NCBI GenBank assembly: GCA_965637545.1
Contig: OZ281495.1
Coordinates: 5,642,001-5,706,000, forward strand
Reading direction: 5' to 3'
DNA: 64,000 bases
Source of the DNA: Phallusia mammillata
Lineage: Eukaryota
Below, piece by piece: positions 59,841 to 64,000 of this stretch (the first letter of the stretch is position 1; every line of letters starts with the position of its first letter). The notes under the pieces were generated by a model. The model was not told the origin of the DNA and made no database searches. It saw only the letters and a program-made list of their open reading frames with translations. Made by a program: the position numbers and the translations under genes.

Positions 59841-60452
59841 TTAAAAGAGGAGATGGGTTAAGTTGTGACTTGGTTGATATTTTCCAGAATAGCTGTGTTC
59901 ACTTCGAGCGATAGTAAGATATTCCGCATCATACTGGTTCCAAGGTGATGGTGGTTTTGCCTCCAAAAAAGATAGCTTCAATTGAATTGCAAAGTTTCTT
60001 CCAACAGATTTCACATAAAGAAAGGATTTTGTTGACTTTAGTGGAGCACACCGAACATAATCTGAGAACCCGTCAAGAAAAGCCTTCTTAAAATGAATTG
60101 CTGCGTTGAAGCTGAAATTGCTGTCGAAATTGAATTGATGGCGAAAATAGTCATCAACTACAGTAACCTGAGGTGTACATGGTCTGGTAGATAGATGGTA
60201 CTGACCTTGATCTGAGTTGTTCGCTGTAACCGGTACAGAATCTGCAGTAGATTTTGCAGGCGCCGAAACAGAAGAAATAGTGCTAGTAGGCAACACTATG
60301 AAAGGAAGAGAAGATTGGAAACTAGAAAAGGCTGACTCAAACGCACAAGGATTAAAAACCGAGTTCGTAGTAATCTCTGAGACAGCAAACGAAGTGTCAG
60401 GCTTATTACGGTAGCAACTACGCGTCAACGTGGTAAGAAACCGAGCAAACAT
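59841..60452 (-). CDS. Orphan intronless ORF (203 aa from MFARFLTT), possible mitochondrial presequence
   Basis: Longest non-TE ORF in the region; TTTATTTCTTTTTGTCAG| acceptor 8 nt before the ATG at 60452; no recognised domain. Confidence 0.5.
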   Translation of the reverse strand: MFARFLTTLTRSCYRNKPDTSFAVSEITTNSVFNPCAFESAFSSFQSSLPFIVLPTSTISSVSAPAKSTADSVPVTANNSDQGQYHLSTRPCTPQVTVVDDYFRHQFNFDSNFSFNAAIHFKKAFLDGFSDYVRCAPLKSTKSFLYVKSVGRNFAIQLKLSFLEAKPPSPWNQYDAEYLTIARSEHSYSGKYQPSHNLTHLLF

Positions 60453-63400
60453 TATGCTAGCTGACAAAAAGAAATAAAGCTACACAAAAACTAAACACAA
60501 CACAAACAAACTTATAACAGGCGTACAACGATTAACTCGATACTTGCAAAAAAGGCGAACAACAGTTACAACGAATATATATTTCAGAAGGTTAAATTGC
60601 GTGTTCAATCACCTGAGGGGTCAACAGTGTTGCGATTTAAGGTACTGTTGCGAATAAGTTATATCGCAGTGTAACTAGTTTAGCAACTTAGAAGTAAGGA
60701 AAGAAAATACGCGATCTGACTACACAAATAAAGAACTCTGAAGACTCCTGACTAATAACAACTAGAGCGTTAAACAAGGTTTATTAAACAACATATATAT
60801 TAAACTACAACAAACGTAAAGTATAACGTTGGCGATAACTTCGTCTAAAGTGAGTAAGTAAGTGAATGACTCTGTTAGTTCGTTAATTCCTAGATTAGCA
60901 AACGCGAATATATAGTGAAATGACAACGCATGTTTGTAGCTCGGAGCGAAGGTGGTGTCGCTCCGAAACAAAGGAAATAATTATTGTGTAACGAAGGCGG
61001 CTACAAGAAACAGTTTATGATTGCGTAAGTGCTAGGGCGTGTTGTTTTAGAAAACGGGACATCTAAGACCGCTACACTTTAAAGGAAAGACAAAACTGCC
61101 TTGACGTGTCAGATGTGCCGTTAAAATAAAAATACACAAAAATATAAAATACGCATTGCTACAGAAGCCCCCCTCGCTTAAAATGCTTTCCAGATTGTTA
61201 GTTATAAGTCCGCCTGTTCCATTTCTTCTTGTTGTTCCATTCCATCCATCCAAGTACATTGTCTATAATTCATGATGCGCAGATTGCGATGTGTGATCAA
61301 CACAGTACCATCCATTTGTGAATGTTCATCAGAAGTGAATTTGCCAGCATCTGTCGTGCATTCGTCAATGACGACCTGGTAGCAGGCAGGCTACTCTTCG
61401 AAAACTGACTCCATATCAGAAGGTTGCGTGTTCATATCACGTCGGGGTCACCACTGTTGCAAATATGTTATATCGCAGTGTAACTAGTTTAGCAACTTAG
61501 AAGTTAAGGAAAGAAAATACGCGATCTGACTACACAAATAAAGAACTCTAAACGACAGCTGACTAATGACAACTAGAGCGTTAAACAAGGTTTATTAAAC
61601 AACATATATATAAAACTACAACAAACGTAAAGTATAACGTTGGCGATAACTTCGTCTAAAGTGAGTAAGCAAGTGAATGACTCCGTTAGTTAGCTAGTTA
61701 GTTCCTAGATTAGCAAACGCGAATATATAGTGAAATGACACGCATGTTTGTAGCTCGGAGCGAAGGTGGTGTCGCTCCGAAACAAAGGAAATAATTATTG
61801 TGTAACGAAGGCGGCTACAAGAAACAGTTTACGATTGTGTAAGTGCTAGGGCGTGTTGTTTTAGAAAACGGGACATCTAAGACTGCTACACTTTAAAGGA
61901 AAGATAAAATTGCTGCACAACGAAGGCGGCTACAAGACACGTTTTCACGATTACTTATAAGTGCTAGGGCGCGTGGTTTTAGGAAACGCAATCAAAGGCC
62001 GCTAGACTTAAAAGTAAATACAAAATTGCCTTGACGTGTCAGATGTGCCGCTAAAATAAAAATACACAAAAATATAAAATACACATTGCTACACTGGTTC
62101 AGCAAATCTTGCGAGTTCTGTGAAAAACGCAAAGACACCTGAATCGAAACAAAAGTCAAAAGAATCCATCCTGTGCAGCACCAAGTGATTCATTGCCATC
62201 CTGAATGCAAACTGTCAATTACATCACAGACCAATTTTTTCTCCTGTACATTTATCCCTAGTGGAACAAAAAAAAATAAAAAAAATGTTCGTATACCTTT
62301 TGAGGCAGTCTTAGAAAATTTAATTTAAACGTTTCGTTACGAAAAATACTACAAATGTCTTTTTGCTTAAGAAATACACAAAGGGCATGAACAATCACAC
62401 CACACTTCACAAAAAGCATACATCACGAGGCCAATTCAGTGTGCAGTTGCTTTGTTGGAAAGCAGAGGAAGCGTCTGCTGAAGTCTTATTTATCTTTCAT
62501 AAAACGCAGAAACATATCGAGTTTTTCATTTTGCCATCAAGTTAGCTTATTTGTATGCTAATAAAGCACAGTATTTTTAAATTGTTGATCGTTTGTCTGT
62601 GGTTTAAACTCTTGTCTTCCTTCCTCAACAAAGAGAAGAATAAACGTTGTAGCATATTTTTTAAGTTTTATTGGTCAGGCCATTGAACACCATTTGTTCT
62701 ATAACAAGGTGAGCGCTAAATTTTTATATTGTTTTTTTATTTTTTTTATTTTATATTTTTTTCAAAACCTTCCCTTTGCCATTATTTTGACAGCTCGCGT
62801 CCCGTGAGCCCAAATATGTATTTCATAAAAACGAAAGTTGATTTCAGGATTTTAGCTAGTTATGCAAAATTGCGCATAAAAGTCATCCGAACACAGCTTG
62901 TGACATCACAGACAAGACAAACGCACTACAATTGTGCGCGAACAATTAAATTTTTGATAGTTGTCATTCAATAAAGGCTATATTGTTAAGCAATGGAGGC
63001 AGTTGATTCTCAATTCTACTTTGATTTAAACTTATTTAGTGGCACAAACTGACGCCAAATAAGATTATAGAATTACTTTAACCGTTTCGCCGTCCCCCCA
63101 AAATTGCCTCACGGACCGCTAAAGGACCGCGGACCCCAATTTGGGAACCGCTGCTATAAAACTTCATTTAAACTCCAAGACAGCATAAGTTTTATAACGA
63201 ACTCTTTTATTCTGCAAAAAGGGTCGGCAGTGGCGCTCGTGAGTCGAAAACATAGCAGCATGCGAGCACAAGTGTAAAAAAGCGGTTTCTGCAAACATGT
63301 TTTAAATTTAAACAAGGCAGCAGGCACAAATTTAGCGGCATTCACGGTTACCAAACTAATAAAGGACCAGAGTCATTTAGCGATCAGTAGAAGGGTCTTT

Positions 63401-63530
63401 GAATACAGCTTCAAATAAAAATCACTTAACCACACGTATGACCAGAATAATACAGTTTGGTTTAGAAATATCACGTGGATGGAAGTCGGATCCAAAGTCT
63501 ATCTCTACATAAAACACGAGTTGTCTAGCC

Positions 63531-64000
63531 CAGTGGTTCCCAACCTTTCTACGCTGTGAGACCGGTAAAAATGTAAACAAAAATCCAAAAAAATGGCATT
63601 TAGCGTGCATTATTACGCACAAATGTTAAAACACCAGAATTTTATTGAATTTACCCAGCCAAATATAGACTTACTCGTCTTAACAGTAAAATAACGCCGT
63701 AAAAGATTTTGTAAAGTAAAACGATTCATCAATTTTGATATCATTGTTGGTAATCCTTCCTTTTTGATTGATAACATTGTTGTACCATCAAAATATTTTG
63801 TTAATTTATCACTTTGGTGTTAAACATCGCAATGACAGTTTAAAGTTGTCAAAATAATGCTACAGGCAAAAAAAACTGTGTCTTTTCAACGAAATCGTAT
63901 CGGCCTTTAACATTTGTACTTTTCTTCAAGGTCTGTAGAGCATAGGTCGTAAGCAATTCCGGTGTATAAGTCTTGCGTTATGTGAGGTTAATAAAACCTC
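63531..64000. mobile_element. Left end of a hAT element running off the window
   Basis: CAGTGGTTCCCAACCTTT TIR of the same class as other MITEs; the other end is not in the window. Confidence 0.55.

Larger units (their letters stand above)
57344..62095. repeat. Rearranged tandem array of a ~2-2.4 kb unit (three partial units)
   Basis: Block A 57344-57890 ~ 59264-59810; block B 58030-58175 ~ 60490-60650 ~ 61415-61465; block E 60659-60940 ~ 61468-61754; hairpin+C at 58547-58905, 60941-61305, 61755-62095; block D 58902-59007 ~ 61300-61405. Confidence 0.85.

Noticed and set aside
60941-60970. Hairpin followed by GAAAC as a hammerhead stem II
   Set aside because: No CUGANGA core upstream, and the GA of GAAA is paired within the stem.
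58257-61259. Three copies of the 69-70 aa ORF MYLDGWNG...
   Set aside because: They are a by-product of block C duplication and inversion; low-complexity hydrophobic sequence with no domain or splice support.
57344-62095. CRISPR-like or prokaryotic repeat array
   Set aside because: Repeats are hundreds of bp with no spacer periodicity, no cas genes are present, and the context is eukaryotic.

Overview
AT-rich animal genomic DNA, most likely an ascidian (tunicate): it has short GT-AG introns and a perfect copy of the Ciona-type 16-nt spliced leader (SL). Host content is two divergently oriented, intron-rich surface-receptor genes. One is on the minus strand (~16.5-24.6 kb: sushi + 4 Ig-like + TM + a tail of repeated tyrosine motifs). 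The other is on the plus strand (~39.7-45.4+ kb: signal peptide, Ig-like/beta domain, 4 sushi-like domains, Ser/Thr stalk, TM, Cys-rich tail). A decayed sushi-gene paralog lies at 0.4-1.9 kb. Mobile DNA: an intact full-length Crack/L2-group LINE (4110-8823, minus) that begins exactly with the SL and carries an extra GC-rich zinc-finger-like ORF in its 3' region; a Naiad-type Penelope-like element with an inverted GIY-YIG/hammerhead terminal segment (54.2-57.1 kb); a hammerhead-bearing fold-back mini-element; decayed Gypsy and hAT transposase remnants; about ten hAT MITEs, several nested; pogo-like MITEs; tRNA-derived SINEs; and a recurrent Helitron-like family. After a 200-N gap there is a rearranged tandem array (57.3-62.1 kb) with a ~690-bp fold-back palindrome centred on a unit hairpin and an orphan 203-aa ORF. 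All calls were made by eye from the sequence and the ORF track; no searches were run.
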